From Acidobacteriota bacterium (GTDB taxonomy: Bacteria; Acidobacteriota; Terriglobia; Terriglobales; Acidobacteriaceae): 46,859 bases of DNA. The DNA is taken from NCBI GenBank assembly GCA_019243475.1, contig JAFAUE010000442.1, positions 1 through 46,859 on the forward strand, written 5' to 3'. The notes under the pieces are model-generated. The model was given only the letters and a program-made list of their open reading frames with translations. It did no database searches and had not been told where the DNA came from. This document shows positions 34,543 through 44,551 of the stretch, one piece after another (the first letter of the stretch is position 1; the number at the start of each line of letters is the position of its first letter). The position numbers were made by a program, and so were the translations under genes.

Positions 34543-35808
34543 CTAGTGGACAATCAGTCTTCCGTTTTGCACAGTTGCTCGGCACTTTTCCGTGCCGAAC
34601 CAATAGCAGATCTCGCGATAATCTTTGATGTCGAAAATAGCGAGGTCGGCGTCTTTTCCCCTTTCGATACTCCCTTTTCTGGAAGCAAGCCGAAGAGCAT
34701 GTGCGCCGTTGATCGTCGCCGCCGTGATCGCTTCCGCCGGGCTCATCCGCATTTGCGTGCATGCCATTGACAGCACCAGAGGCATGCTCGTGGTCGGTGA
34801 CGTTCCAGGATTGTAATCAGTAGCCAACGCAACAGCCGCCCCGGCATCGATCAGCCTTCGTGCCATTGGGTATTTATGCGCGAGAAAGTACGAGGCTCCT
34901 GGAAGCAGAGTTGCAACGGTCTCCTGCTTTGCCAGTGCGTCCAGATCCTTATCGGTGAGACAGTCGAGATGATCGAAGGAAGCCGGCTGAAACCGCCCAA
35001 GGCGTGAGAGTTCCTGAGGTGTGAACTGGCAGACATGCGCTCGCATTCCCAGACCGAATCTCTGCGCCGCCTCAAACACACGTTCGGTTTGCGCCATGCT
35101 GAAAGCGCCACGCTCGCAAAAGACATCTACGAAATCTGCAAGTTTCTCGCGTGCGGCGGCCGGAAGCATGTCATTGCAAACGAGATCCACATAAGCGTCA
35201 GCTCTTTGCTGAAATTCCGCGGGAACGACATGTGCGCCAAGTAAGGTCGCGACCAGCGTCCCATTCCAGGACTCTGCCGCTTTGCGAATGGCGCGAAGCG
35301 ACTTGAGTTCCGCATCGGTAGTGAGTCCATATCCGGACTTAGCTTCCACTGTCGTCGTTCCCGACTTCTGCATGTGCCTGAGAGCGCTCAAGACGTGTTG
35401 TCTAAGCTCTTCCTCCGACGCATTCCGGACGCCTTCGGTACTGGCGCGAATGCCGCCTCCGGCTTTGGCGATCTGCTCGTATGTGTTCCCTTGAATCCGC
35501 TGTTCGAAATCGACGAGCCTGGGCTCGGTGAAGACCGGATGCGTGTGGGAATCGACAAATCCCGGGATTACGACTCCGCCTGCACAATCAAACGTCTCGA
35601 CGTTCGGGCCCGCGCTGTGAGCATGAGTCTCAACATGTTCACGTGTACCGACGGCTACGATTCTTCCCGCGACGCAGAAAACTGCAGCTTCCTTAACGAT
35701 GTCCAGCTCCGCGAGCTCTCGTCCGCGTCTGGGACGCTCGTGGGTGAGACCAGGTTTAAGAGTGAGGAGCTGACCGATATTGACGAGGAGAAGGGAAGCG
35801 CCAGCCAA
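34543..35808 (-). CDS. hutI: Imidazolonepropionase
   Basis: GFVDSHTHPVF, LLGAHVVP, ALATDYNPGTSP. TTG start one nt after the hutU stop. Confidence 0.9.
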   Translation of the reverse strand: MAGASLLLVNIGQLLTLKPGLTHERPRRGRELAELDIVKEAAVFCVAGRIVAVGTREHVETHAHSAGPNVETFDCAGGVVIPGFVDSHTHPVFTEPRLVDFEQRIQGNTYEQIAKAGGGIRASTEGVRNASEEELRQHVLSALRHMQKSGTTTVEAKSGYGLTTDAELKSLRAIRKAAESWNGTLVATLLGAHVVPAEFQQRADAYVDLVCNDMLPAAAREKLADFVDVFCERGAFSMAQTERVFEAAQRFGLGMRAHVCQFTPQELSRLGRFQPASFDHLDCLTDKDLDALAKQETVATLLPGASYFLAHKYPMARRLIDAGAAVALATDYNPGTSPTTSMPLVLSMACTQMRMSPAEAITAATINGAHALRLASRKGSIERGKDADLAIFDIKDYREICYWFGTEKCRATVQNGRLIVH

Positions 35809-35809
35809 G

Positions 35810-37498
35810 CTATTCGCTCTGGTCTCGCATCGGAATTCTTATGCCTTTGCGATCTGCAAATGCGTGCGCCTCTTGATAGCCCGCGTCCGCATGACGGGCA
35901 ATGCCTATGCCGGGATCGTTGGTGAGAACGCGCTCGATGCGCTTCGCCATTGCATCGCTACCGTCCGCAACGGTCACCTGCCCCGCATGCTGCGAATAGC
36001 CGATTCCGACTCCGCCTCCATTGTGGATCGAAACCCAACTGGCGCCGCTCGAAGTATTGAGCAGAGCATTCAGCAGTGGCCAGTCGGCAATGGCATCGCT
36101 CCCGTCTTTCATTCCTTCGGTTTCCCGAAATGGGGATGCAACCGAGCCGCAGTCGAGATGATCGCGTCCCATGACGATAGGCGCCTTCAGCTTGCCCCGC
36201 TTCACTAAGTCGTTCAGCGCTAGACCAAATTGCGCGCGCTCTCCATACCCGAGCCAGCAGATTCGCGCTGGCAGTCCCTGGAAGCGGATACGCTTCCTCG
36301 CAAGGTTGATCCAGCGGCTGAGAATCCGATTGTGCGGGAACATTTCGAGGACAAGGTCGTCAGTTGCCGCAATGTCTGCCGGCTCTCCGGAGAGCGCAAC
36401 CCAACGGAACGGCCCGCGTCCTTCGCAAAACAGCGGACGAATATACGCCGGAACAAATCCAGGGAAGTCGTAGGCGTTCTTCACTCCACGCTCGAAGGCA
36501 AACGTCCGGATATTGTTGCCATAGTCGAAGGTCACGGAGCCGGACTTCTGCAGCGTGAGCATTCCTTCGACGTGACGGGCGATCGAGTCGAGCGATCGTT
36601 CGAGATATGCCTTTTCATCTTTTCGTCGTAGTTCGTCCGCTTGCTCGACACTCAGTCCCGAGGGAATGTAGCCGTTGAGAGGATCATGGGCAGAGGTTTG
36701 ATCGGTGAGAATGTCCGGCTTCACTCCGCGCGCTGCCAGCTCGGGAATCACGTCGGCGCAGTTGCCGATCAGCCCGACTGAAATTGCTTCCTTCTTGCGA
36801 ATCGAATTCTTCAGGATGCGCAACGCTTCATCAAGCGTATTAACCATGAAGTCGCAGTAGCCGGTCTTCAGGCGCTTCTTGATGCGCTCCGGATTTACGT
36901 CGATGCCGAGGAAACATGCGCCTGCCATCGTCGCCGCGAGAGGCTGTGCGCCCCCCATGCCGCCCATTCCGCCGCTGACGATCAGCTTTCCAGCAAGATC
37001 GCCTCCGAAATGTTTTTCTCCGGCAGCGGCAAAGGTTTCGAATGTACCCTGAATGATCCCCTGCGACGCGATGTATATCCAGGAGCCCGCAGTCATCTGG
37101 CCATACATCATCAAGCCGGCTCGCTCCAGCTCGTTAAACTTTTCCCAGTTTGACCAATGGCCGACCAGGTTGGAATTGGCAATCAGAACGCGAGGGGCGT
37201 AGTCATGCGTTTTGAAAACTCCAACCGGCTTTCCCGATTGCACCAGTAGGGTCTCATCATTTTCGAGCTCGCGAAGCGAGCGCACGATCGCCTCGTAGCA
37301 TTGCCAATTACGCGCGGCGCGCCCAGTTCCTCCATAGACGACAAGATCCTGAGGGCGCTCGGCAACCTCATCGTCAAGGTTGTTCATGAGCATCCGCATG
37401 GCGGCTTCCTGCTGCCATCCCTTGCAGGAAAGCTGCGTTCCGCGTGGAGCGCAGATGGCGGTGCGGGAAAGAGGGGGCGCTTCAGTTTCTACCGGCAT
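35810..37498 (-). CDS. hutU: Urocanate hydratase
   Basis: [57 protein letters not shown] 37498; the ORF is open to 37528. Confidence 0.92.
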   Translation of the reverse strand: MPVETEAPPLSRTAICAPRGTQLSCKGWQQEAAMRMLMNNLDDEVAERPQDLVVYGGTGRAARNWQCYEAIVRSLRELENDETLLVQSGKPVGVFKTHDYAPRVLIANSNLVGHWSNWEKFNELERAGLMMYGQMTAGSWIYIASQGIIQGTFETFAAAGEKHFGGDLAGKLIVSGGMGGMGGAQPLAATMAGACFLGIDVNPERIKKRLKTGYCDFMVNTLDEALRILKNSIRKKEAISVGLIGNCADVIPELAARGVKPDILTDQTSAHDPLNGYIPSGLSVEQADELRRKDEKAYLERSLDSIARHVEGMLTLQKSGSVTFDYGNNIRTFAFERGVKNAYDFPGFVPAYIRPLFCEGRGPFRWVALSGEPADIAATDDLVLEMFPHNRILSRWINLARKRIRFQGLPARICWLGYGERAQFGLALNDLVKRGKLKAPIVMGRDHLDCGSVASPFRETEGMKDGSDAIADWPLLNALLNTSSGASWVSIHNGGGVGIGYSQHAGQVTVADGSDAMAKRIERVLTNDPGIGIARHADAGYQEAHAFADRKGIRIPMRDQSE

Positions 37499-37719
37499 AG
37501 ATGGACATCGGGAACTTCGGCAAACCATTTAGCCTACGGCTTTGTTCAAGCAGAGGCAAGATAGAGAGATGCGGCTCGCAAAGCCCAGGGGTAATTAATC
37601 GGACCAAAGCTCTTCGGCGGTTAGGCTGAGCTTGGGATGTCGTAGGCCGATGCGCCTGCTGACGGTGAATGCCTCTGCCAATCCTGGATGCGCGATGTTC
37701 CGTCCGGAGTTCCCCGAAG

Positions 37720-40248
37720 TCACTCCGTTCTCAAAGCTTGCATGGGTTCGATCGCGGCAGCGCGTCCGGCCGGAAGGATGCTGGCGATCAGCGCGCACAC
37801 CCCGAGCGCTCCCAGAGCAAAAGCGAGGCTCAGCGGATCGAACTTCCCGATTCCGAACAACTGATGCGCGAGCCAGTGCTTCGCCAGAAAGCAGAGTGGG
37901 ATTCCGAGCAGAAGTCCGATGCCTACCTGCGCGAACGCGCCCCGCAGCATGAGGCCGACGATGTTGCTGCGATTGGCTCCCAACGCCATACGCAGGCCCA
38001 CTTCGCTGGTTCTGCGCGCCACGCGATAAGCGGTCACGCCGTAAAGCCCCACCGACGCAAGCAGCAGCGCAATCAGTCCAAACGCATTGCTAAGGCGTGC
38101 GATAAGCGTGTTTTCGCTTGATTGGATACTCACCAGTTCCTCGAAGCTGCGCATGGATGTCGGAGTGAGATTGGGATCGATTTCCGCCAGCACGCGCCGA
38201 ACGGTTGGAGCAAAGCTGTCCGCATCGCCATTCACATGCAACGCGATGGTGCCCATATACATCGAGGCCTCTTCTATGCGGTTGTCCTCCTGAGTTTCGT
38301 AATGGATCTTCTGCGGTAAAGCCACAAAAAACATCGGGCGTGCCGGACGGGAGGGATTTCCATATTTCGCATCTTTAGCTACTCCCACGATTTCGTAGTC
38401 CCCCGCATGGCTGCGCTCGTCTTTGCCAAAGTGTTTGCCGATTGGATCCTCATTGGGGAAGAACTTTCGTGCGAACGCCTCGTTCACGACTGCGACATTC
38501 TGCGAGGTTGCTGTGTCCTGCTCGGAGATGCCGCGCCCCCGCACGATGGGCGTGCCGATTGTCTCGAAGTAGTTAGCGCTTACGCGATCCCAGGAAGAGC
38601 CAAAGTCGCCGGTCTTGCCGGCAAAGAATATATCTTCGCCCCAGTTGTTGCCTTGTTGGGCGGTGTAGAGCGCAAGACTTTCGTTAACCACTCCTGGAGT
38701 GTGCCGGAATCGCTCTTCCAGTTGTTGATAGAGGCCGATTACCCGTTCTTGGGTATATCCGGCGCTATCCGGGCTTATCTGCACGATCAAACGTCCTTGC
38801 CGCTCGAATCCATACGACTGGCTGGACAGATTTTTCAGACTCTCGGTAAGCAGGGCTGCAACGCTTAGCAGGACGAGCGACACCGCAGCCTGCAAGACGA
38901 TCAACGACCGCTGAGGCAGTGCAGAGGCATCTCTTGTCACGCGTCCAACACCGCGCAGAGCTTCAGCCGGATCCAGGCGCGAGGCGATCCAAGCGGGTCC
39001 AACGCCGAAAATAATTCCTGTGGCAGCGGCCACCGCGCAGGTGAACAAGAGCACCGGCAAAGAAGGAGAAGTTGAAATCGGCACGTTTGGCGAGCCGCGG
39101 AAAGCAATCAACAGCATGCCCTTGCTGGCGTAAAGAGCGACCACAAGGCCTAGAGCGGCCCCAAGCACAGAGAGCACAAGGCTCTCCGTCAGCTGGGCGC
39201 GTATGATGCGGGTTCGCGTGGCGCCGATGGCGAGTTGCAGAGACGTTCGAGCGCGAGTGGCCGTTCCTCTGGCAAGCAGCAGGTTGGCGAGATTCGCGCA
39301 GGCAATAATGAGAATTGCCGCGGAAGCCGCTAGCAGCAGAATCAACCCTTGTTCGTAGCTGTCCTTCATCGAGTTGATTCCGGCGCCACCTGGCGCCAGG
39401 TGGATTACCTGCTTGTCGATTTGTTTCAGATCCTGGTGTGTGCTCGCGTTTCCCGGAGTGAGCAGGTACTGGCGCAACTCGGTGGTAAGTTGTGCAGCCA
39501 CCTGAGAGGGGACCGCATCGGCTCGCAGGCGGCCAATGAGATAGAGCCAACCGGCCGAGGTCTGATGCAGCAGCGAGTTCTCACGGCTAAAGTCGGGCTC
39601 CAGCGCAAGAGGAAGCCAGAAATCCGGGGGATCGCTCTCCAACCGGTCGCCAAAGAACGCCGGCGGAGCAATACCGACAATAGTTACCGGATGGCCGCTC
39701 ATCACAACCGGCGCTCCCATGATGGAACGATCCAGTCCAAACTTCTGCTGCCATGTGCGATAGCTGATCACCGCGACCGGGGCGCTGCCCGCCTTGTCGT
39801 CCTCAGCTGAAAGCGTCCGGCCGGAATACGCGTTTACACCCAAGGTGGAGAAGTAATTTCCGGAGACGAACTCGCCGCTCAAAGCCTGCGCCGGAGTGGT
39901 TGAGTCAAGCCGCCGCACGCTAAGATCCGGACGGTTGGTCTGAGCCGCAGCTAGTTGTTCGAACGACGGAGTATGATCGCGCGCGTATTGATAGAACGGA
40001 TAGGCAAACATTGACCAGTTGTTCTGCAGATCGCCTTCGACGCAGCAGTTGTATTCGTCTCCCAGTTTGTATAGCTGCGCGGGATTAGCCACCGGCAAAT
40101 TCTTCAGCAAGACTCCGTGGACGAGCGTAAAAATCGCGGTGTTTGCTCCGATACCGATGGCCAGGGTTATAAGCGCTGTGATGGTAAAACCGGGCGATTG
40201 TCGGAGCTGCCGCAGTGCGTATCGGATGTCCTGAGTCACAGTCTGCAT
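37720..40248 (-). CDS. ADOP-family duplicated FtsX/MacB-type permease (no fused ATPase)
   Basis: DIRYALRQLRQSPGFTITALITLAIGIGANTAIFT N-terminus, and two MacB-periplasmic-plus-FtsX halves. ATG 40248 with a GGAG RBS. Confidence 0.85.
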   Translation of the reverse strand: MQTVTQDIRYALRQLRQSPGFTITALITLAIGIGANTAIFTLVHGVLLKNLPVANPAQLYKLGDEYNCCVEGDLQNNWSMFAYPFYQYARDHTPSFEQLAAAQTNRPDLSVRRLDSTTPAQALSGEFVSGNYFSTLGVNAYSGRTLSAEDDKAGSAPVAVISYRTWQQKFGLDRSIMGAPVVMSGHPVTIVGIAPPAFFGDRLESDPPDFWLPLALEPDFSRENSLLHQTSAGWLYLIGRLRADAVPSQVAAQLTTELRQYLLTPGNASTHQDLKQIDKQVIHLAPGGAGINSMKDSYEQGLILLLAASAAILIIACANLANLLLARGTATRARTSLQLAIGATRTRIIRAQLTESLVLSVLGAALGLVVALYASKGMLLIAFRGSPNVPISTSPSLPVLLFTCAVAAATGIIFGVGPAWIASRLDPAEALRGVGRVTRDASALPQRSLIVLQAAVSLVLLSVAALLTESLKNLSSQSYGFERQGRLIVQISPDSAGYTQERVIGLYQQLEERFRHTPGVVNESLALYTAQQGNNWGEDIFFAGKTGDFGSSWDRVSANYFETIGTPIVRGRGISEQDTATSQNVAVVNEAFARKFFPNEDPIGKHFGKDERSHAGDYEIVGVAKDAKYGNPSRPARPMFFVALPQKIHYETQEDNRIEEASMYMGTIALHVNGDADSFAPTVRRVLAEIDPNLTPTSMRSFEELVSIQSSENTLIARLSNAFGLIALLLASVGLYGVTAYRVARRTSEVGLRMALGANRSNIVGLMLRGAFAQVGIGLLLGIPLCFLAKHWLAHQLFGIGKFDPLSLAFALGALGVCALIASILPAGRAAAIEPMQALRTE

Positions 40249-40449
40249 AAGAAAGTCTCCAGAGACGGTTGTCGCAATTGGCATTCCAGCAGATTCTCCG
40301 CAGGATCAATTACTTGCGGCCAAACGCCGAATTCAGGTGTTCGATAACGAACGTTGCGTGGTTCGTCGCCGTATCACACGCGCGCGGTCGGACATTCGGC
40401 GCGGTGCAGCGTCAAACGGATGATATCCAAGTTGAAGGAGTTCATATCA

Positions 40450-40980
40450 GTGAAGACAGGCTGGATGAAGACGTTACTCGTCTTGCTCGTGCTTAGCGGA
40501 CGCATGGCAGTCGCGGCTCCACCGGAAGGTATTTTTCAGGGCTGGGACGGCGAGTGGACACACGTATCCCAACAACTCATTGCCTTAGCGGACGCCACAC
40601 CGGAGGACAAGTTCTCGTGGCGTCCCGCTCAAGGCGTTCGCTCCACCAGTGAGGTGTACATGCACATCGCTTGGGCGAACCTCTATCTGTTGAGTTTCAC
40701 TGGTCCGAAGATGCCGGCAAACCTTCCTCAACACGCCGAGAAGACCATCACTTCAAAAGCTGATGTGATCCGCTGGCTGAAACAGTCCTTGGAAGCTGTT
40801 AAGCAAGCTCACGTGAAAGAGACGCATAAGGGCCTGCAGCGAAAAGTGCGGGTGTTCGATGGAATCAACACAAACGCCGAAGGTGTGTATCTGCGGATTA
40901 TCATCCACGACAACGAGCACATGGGTCAGCTGGTGGCGTACGCGCGCATGACCGGAGTGGTGCCACCCTGGTCGCAGTAG
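40450..40980 (+). CDS. DinB-family protein with signal peptide
   Basis: AAGGAG (40435-40440), then GTG 40450 (or ATG 40465). MKTLLVLLVLSGRMAVAA. EVYMHIAWAN and IIHDNEHMGQL His pattern. Confidence 0.75.
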   Translation: MKTGWMKTLLVLLVLSGRMAVAAPPEGIFQGWDGEWTHVSQQLIALADATPEDKFSWRPAQGVRSTSEVYMHIAWANLYLLSFTGPKMPANLPQHAEKTITSKADVIRWLKQSLEAVKQAHVKETHKGLQRKVRVFDGINTNAEGVYLRIIIHDNEHMGQLVAYARMTGVVPPWSQ

Positions 40981-41008
40981 GTATGGGACTATTCTCGCGC
41001 GTTGATGG

Positions 41009-42040
<1,032 letters not shown>

Positions 42041-42220
42041 AGTGAAAACAGTTTCAAAGCTTCAGGTTTCGAGTTTCGGCGAAGCTAGAATTCCTTTCTG
42101 GCGCGAAACGCCGGGAAGGCAATCCGTCGACAAAATCCAGAATCTGTAGAGCGACAATCGCTGCCGAGTGGCTCTGGGGGAACCTGAAACTCGATACGCT
42201 TTTTCCTGAAACGCTCTTTC

Positions 42221-42709
42221 CTAATGATGCTTGGGGCTGGTTTTTGCCTTCTTCGCTTCCTTACTCATCAATTGTTCCAGCTCAGCGCCAAACTCGCGAA
42301 CGTCCTTGAAGTCACGGTAGACAGAAGCGAACCTTATGTATGCCACCGTGTCCTGCTGCTTGAGATGTTCCATGATTAGTTCGCCCACTTCAGAGGTCGT
42401 CCGTTCCCGCTCTGGGGAATCGATGACGAAGCTCTCGGCCTCATTCACAATCTGTTCCAGGCGTCCCATCGAGATGGGGCGTTTTTCGCAGGCCTTCAGC
42501 AGTCCGGACAAAACTTTTTGACGGTCAAATTTCTCCCGGCGTCCATCTTTCTTTACGACCATGTATGGAATCTCATCTATGCGCTCGTAGGTGGTGAAGC
42601 GTTTTTCACACTTCATGCATTCCCGGCGCCGGCGGATAAGCTCCCCCTCCTTGCTTTCCCGAGAATCCACTACTTTGTCATTGATAAAACCGCAGAAGGG
42701 ACACTTCAT
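42221..42709 (-). CDS. nrdR: Transcriptional repressor NrdR (zinc ribbon + ATP-cone)
   Basis: MKCPFCGFINDKVVDSRES...RRRRECMKCEKRFTTYE, followed by the ATP-cone. ATG 42709; the track ORF extends to 42745. Confidence 0.93.
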   Translation of the reverse strand: MKCPFCGFINDKVVDSRESKEGELIRRRRECMKCEKRFTTYERIDEIPYMVVKKDGRREKFDRQKVLSGLLKACEKRPISMGRLEQIVNEAESFVIDSPERERTTSEVGELIMEHLKQQDTVAYIRFASVYRDFKDVREFGAELEQLMSKEAKKAKTSPKHH

Positions 42710-42936
42710 CGAGGGTCTGTCGCTGAAGCCATTGTAGCAGGGCACTTTTGCGCCACTTGCTGTTGCAATCGCCGTTTCAGCAGAAGCGTGTGGCGCGTTT
42801 TGTTACCGGCCGTGAGCTGAGTGACCAACAGTAATCCGCCTATTTATCAACAGAATTCACAGGCAGGTGCCTCGATTCTTGTGGGATATACTTCGACTGC
42901 GCCGAATAAAAATTCTCCCCGCGAGGTTCCGCTTTC

Positions 42937-43221
42937 ATGTCTGCCAGGGCGCTCCCCGAGCTCGAGTCCGCTGTTTCCATCGATGAATTTCAAGCCCTTG
43001 AAGAAAAGGTTTACAAGACGATTGAGCTTTTGAAGTCGGCCCGAGAAGCGAAGGCCATTGCCGAGCGCGATGTGAGCCGACTGCGGGAACAGCTCGAGGA
43101 TCGCGAAGAGGAAGTTGAGACTCTGCGCCAACAGATGGTTTCGTTGCGGCGCGAGCGAGAGGAAGTGCGCGGCCGCGTGGAGAAGATGCTGAAACAAATC
43201 GAGACGTTGGCGGAGGTGTAG
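42937..43221 (+). CDS. zapB: ZapB-like coiled-coil cell-division protein
   Basis: 94-aa continuous coiled coil (FQALEEKVYKTIELLKSAREAK...). GAGG RBS. Immediately upstream of zapA. Confidence 0.55.
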   Translation: MSARALPELESAVSIDEFQALEEKVYKTIELLKSAREAKAIAERDVSRLREQLEDREEEVETLRQQMVSLRREREEVRGRVEKMLKQIETLAEV

Positions 43222-43223
43222 CA

Positions 43224-43544
43224 ATGGCCACGGCGAAGGCAAGCCAAGCAGCTGCAGGAAGCATCCGCGTAGAAATCTACGATCAGGCGTATAACCTGCG
43301 TGGCATTGATCCCGAATACATCGTCAAGCTGGCCGAGTATGTTGACCTAAAAATGCGTGCGGTCTCGGAGAAAACCGCAACAGCGGATTCGCTGCGCGTG
43401 GCCGTTCTTGCCGCGCTGAACATCGCCGACGAATATCACCTTCTTAAGAAAAGGTACGACGCTATCGCCAGCATCTACGAGCAAAGAGCCAGTTCGCTTT
43501 CAGGGATGCTGGACGAAATCATCGATGAGCGGAAAATCGGTTGA
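43224..43544 (+). CDS. zapA: Cell-division protein ZapA
   Basis: IRVEIYDQAYNLRG...YIVKLAEYVDLKMRAVSEK...SLRVAVLAALNIADEY. GGAGGTG RBS. Confidence 0.85.
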   Translation: MATAKASQAAAGSIRVEIYDQAYNLRGIDPEYIVKLAEYVDLKMRAVSEKTATADSLRVAVLAALNIADEYHLLKKRYDAIASIYEQRASSLSGMLDEIIDERKIG

Positions 43545-43742
43545 ACGAATCGAACCTCGATCATTGAACAACGCTTTACTGGGGGACATCTGCGCTTAGG
43601 GAACCCTGCTCTGCAGCTTTCAGGCCCTGAGATAACCGATCACCAGATCGCCCGATAACCCGATTCTTCGATCTCCCTATTCTTCTGATTCCCAATTACC
43701 TTAGTCTCTTGCCATCTGCAGGCGGTTTAACTAGCATCAGGA

Positions 43743-43948
43743 AGGAAGCCAGCCTGCAAAGCAGGTATTGGCGGTAACCGTTTATTGAACCAACATTCAA
43801 TGAACAGGGGGCTCGACTCGAAAAATCGGTTCGGTGTGCGAGGTTCCGCCAGTACGGAAATGCCTAAAGAACCGCGGAGAGTTCCCACCGTCTTACGACG
43901 GGTTCATGAACGGCCCGCCTCGGTACGGCCCCGCGGGTTGGCTTTTTC
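43743..43948 (+). ncRNA. Candidate structured sRNA of about 205 nt (unclassified)
   Basis: TTGCCA (43709-43714), 17 nt, then TAGCAT (43732-43737) just upstream. 43743-43757 can pair with 43933-43947 over 15 consecutive pairs (11 Watson-Crick plus 4 G-U). A T5 run lies at 43943-47. There are several internal hairpins. No convincing ORF. Confidence 0.25.
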
Positions 43949-44154
43949 AGCTTCTCTCCCTCCCGACCTTGCGGGATAGCCCGCCAACAAGCCCACAACC
44001 GCCAGTTGTGCAGCCGCACTCGAGAGAAGGCGTTCGCATCCGAGTGGTGAAGGCATCCGCAGCACGCGATTAACCTGCTATTGCGGGCAAACTGCACTTG
44101 GGCAGCGTGTATCCCACAATCGACCCTCACTAAAGAGGAAGAATTGGAGGATCT

Positions 44155-44439
44155 ATGCATCTGCTGTGGTGGATTATCGTCGGTCTGATCGCCGGCTGGG
44201 CAACTGGAAAGATCATGCGTGGTTCAGGGTTTGGTCCCTTGATGGATATTGTGGTGGGAATTGTCGGAGCAATTGTGGGTGGCTGGATCATGCGAGCCCT
44301 CGGTTTCTCCGGTCAGGGCGGCACCATCTACACCATTCTTGTAGCGATTCTGGGCGCGGTTGTATTGACCTGGATCGTTCGCCTGATTACAGGTGACCGC
44401 GGTACCCGGGCAAGCGGCGGGATGAAGCGGGTCGCATAA
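44155..44439 (+). CDS. GlsB/YeaQ/YmgE-family (transglycosylase-associated) stress membrane protein
   Basis: MHLLWWIIVGLIAGWATGKIM...MDIVVGIVGAIVGGWI. GGAGG RBS. Confidence 0.85.
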   Translation: MHLLWWIIVGLIAGWATGKIMRGSGFGPLMDIVVGIVGAIVGGWIMRALGFSGQGGTIYTILVAILGAVVLTWIVRLITGDRGTRASGGMKRVA

Positions 44440-44458
44440 CTGTCTAATGCATGCCGAT

Positions 44459-44479
44459 GCCCCGCTTTTTTAGCGGGGC
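44459..44479 (+). terminator. Terminator-like hairpin
   Basis: GCCCCGC (44459-65) pairs with GCGGGGC (44473-79) around a T-rich loop. T-rich sequence follows. Confidence 0.5.
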
Positions 44480-44551
44480 TTCACTTCGTTGCGGCCCAAC
44501 GAATTATTTTACGAACTTGGCGCGCAGGAATAGACTCGCAGTTTCCCGACT

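Noticed and set aside
31937-34762. N-terminal extensions of track ORFs (pepN to 34762, rsmA to 6658, nrdR to 42745, hutU to 37528, GH140-like from 22708, DinB from 40354, M28 from 3286).
   Set aside because: Internal starts give family-typical N-termini or clean signal peptides, often with an SD. The extensions are Arg/Cys-rich, overlap neighbouring genes or promoters, and have no homology logic.
42710-42936. NrdR boxes in the nrdR-zapB divergent region.
   Set aside because: I found no pair of palindromes of the acaCwAtATaTwGtgt type. NrdR boxes are in any case expected upstream of nrd operons, and none is in this window.
43730-43765. SRP (4.5S) RNA, suggested by the string CAGGAAGGAAGCCAGCC.
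   Set aside because: It only loosely resembles the GGAAGGAAGCAGC domain-IV core. There is no closing GNAR tetraloop helix or symmetric loop partner.
43545-44154. RNase P RNA, tmRNA, or a confident 6S RNA call.
   Set aside because: There is no GAGGAAAGUCCGGGC or ACAGAACCCGGCUUA-type RNase P block and no tRNA-like end or tag ORF. For 6S, the termini pair but the interior does not form an obvious rod with a central bubble. It is kept only as an unclassified sRNA candidate.
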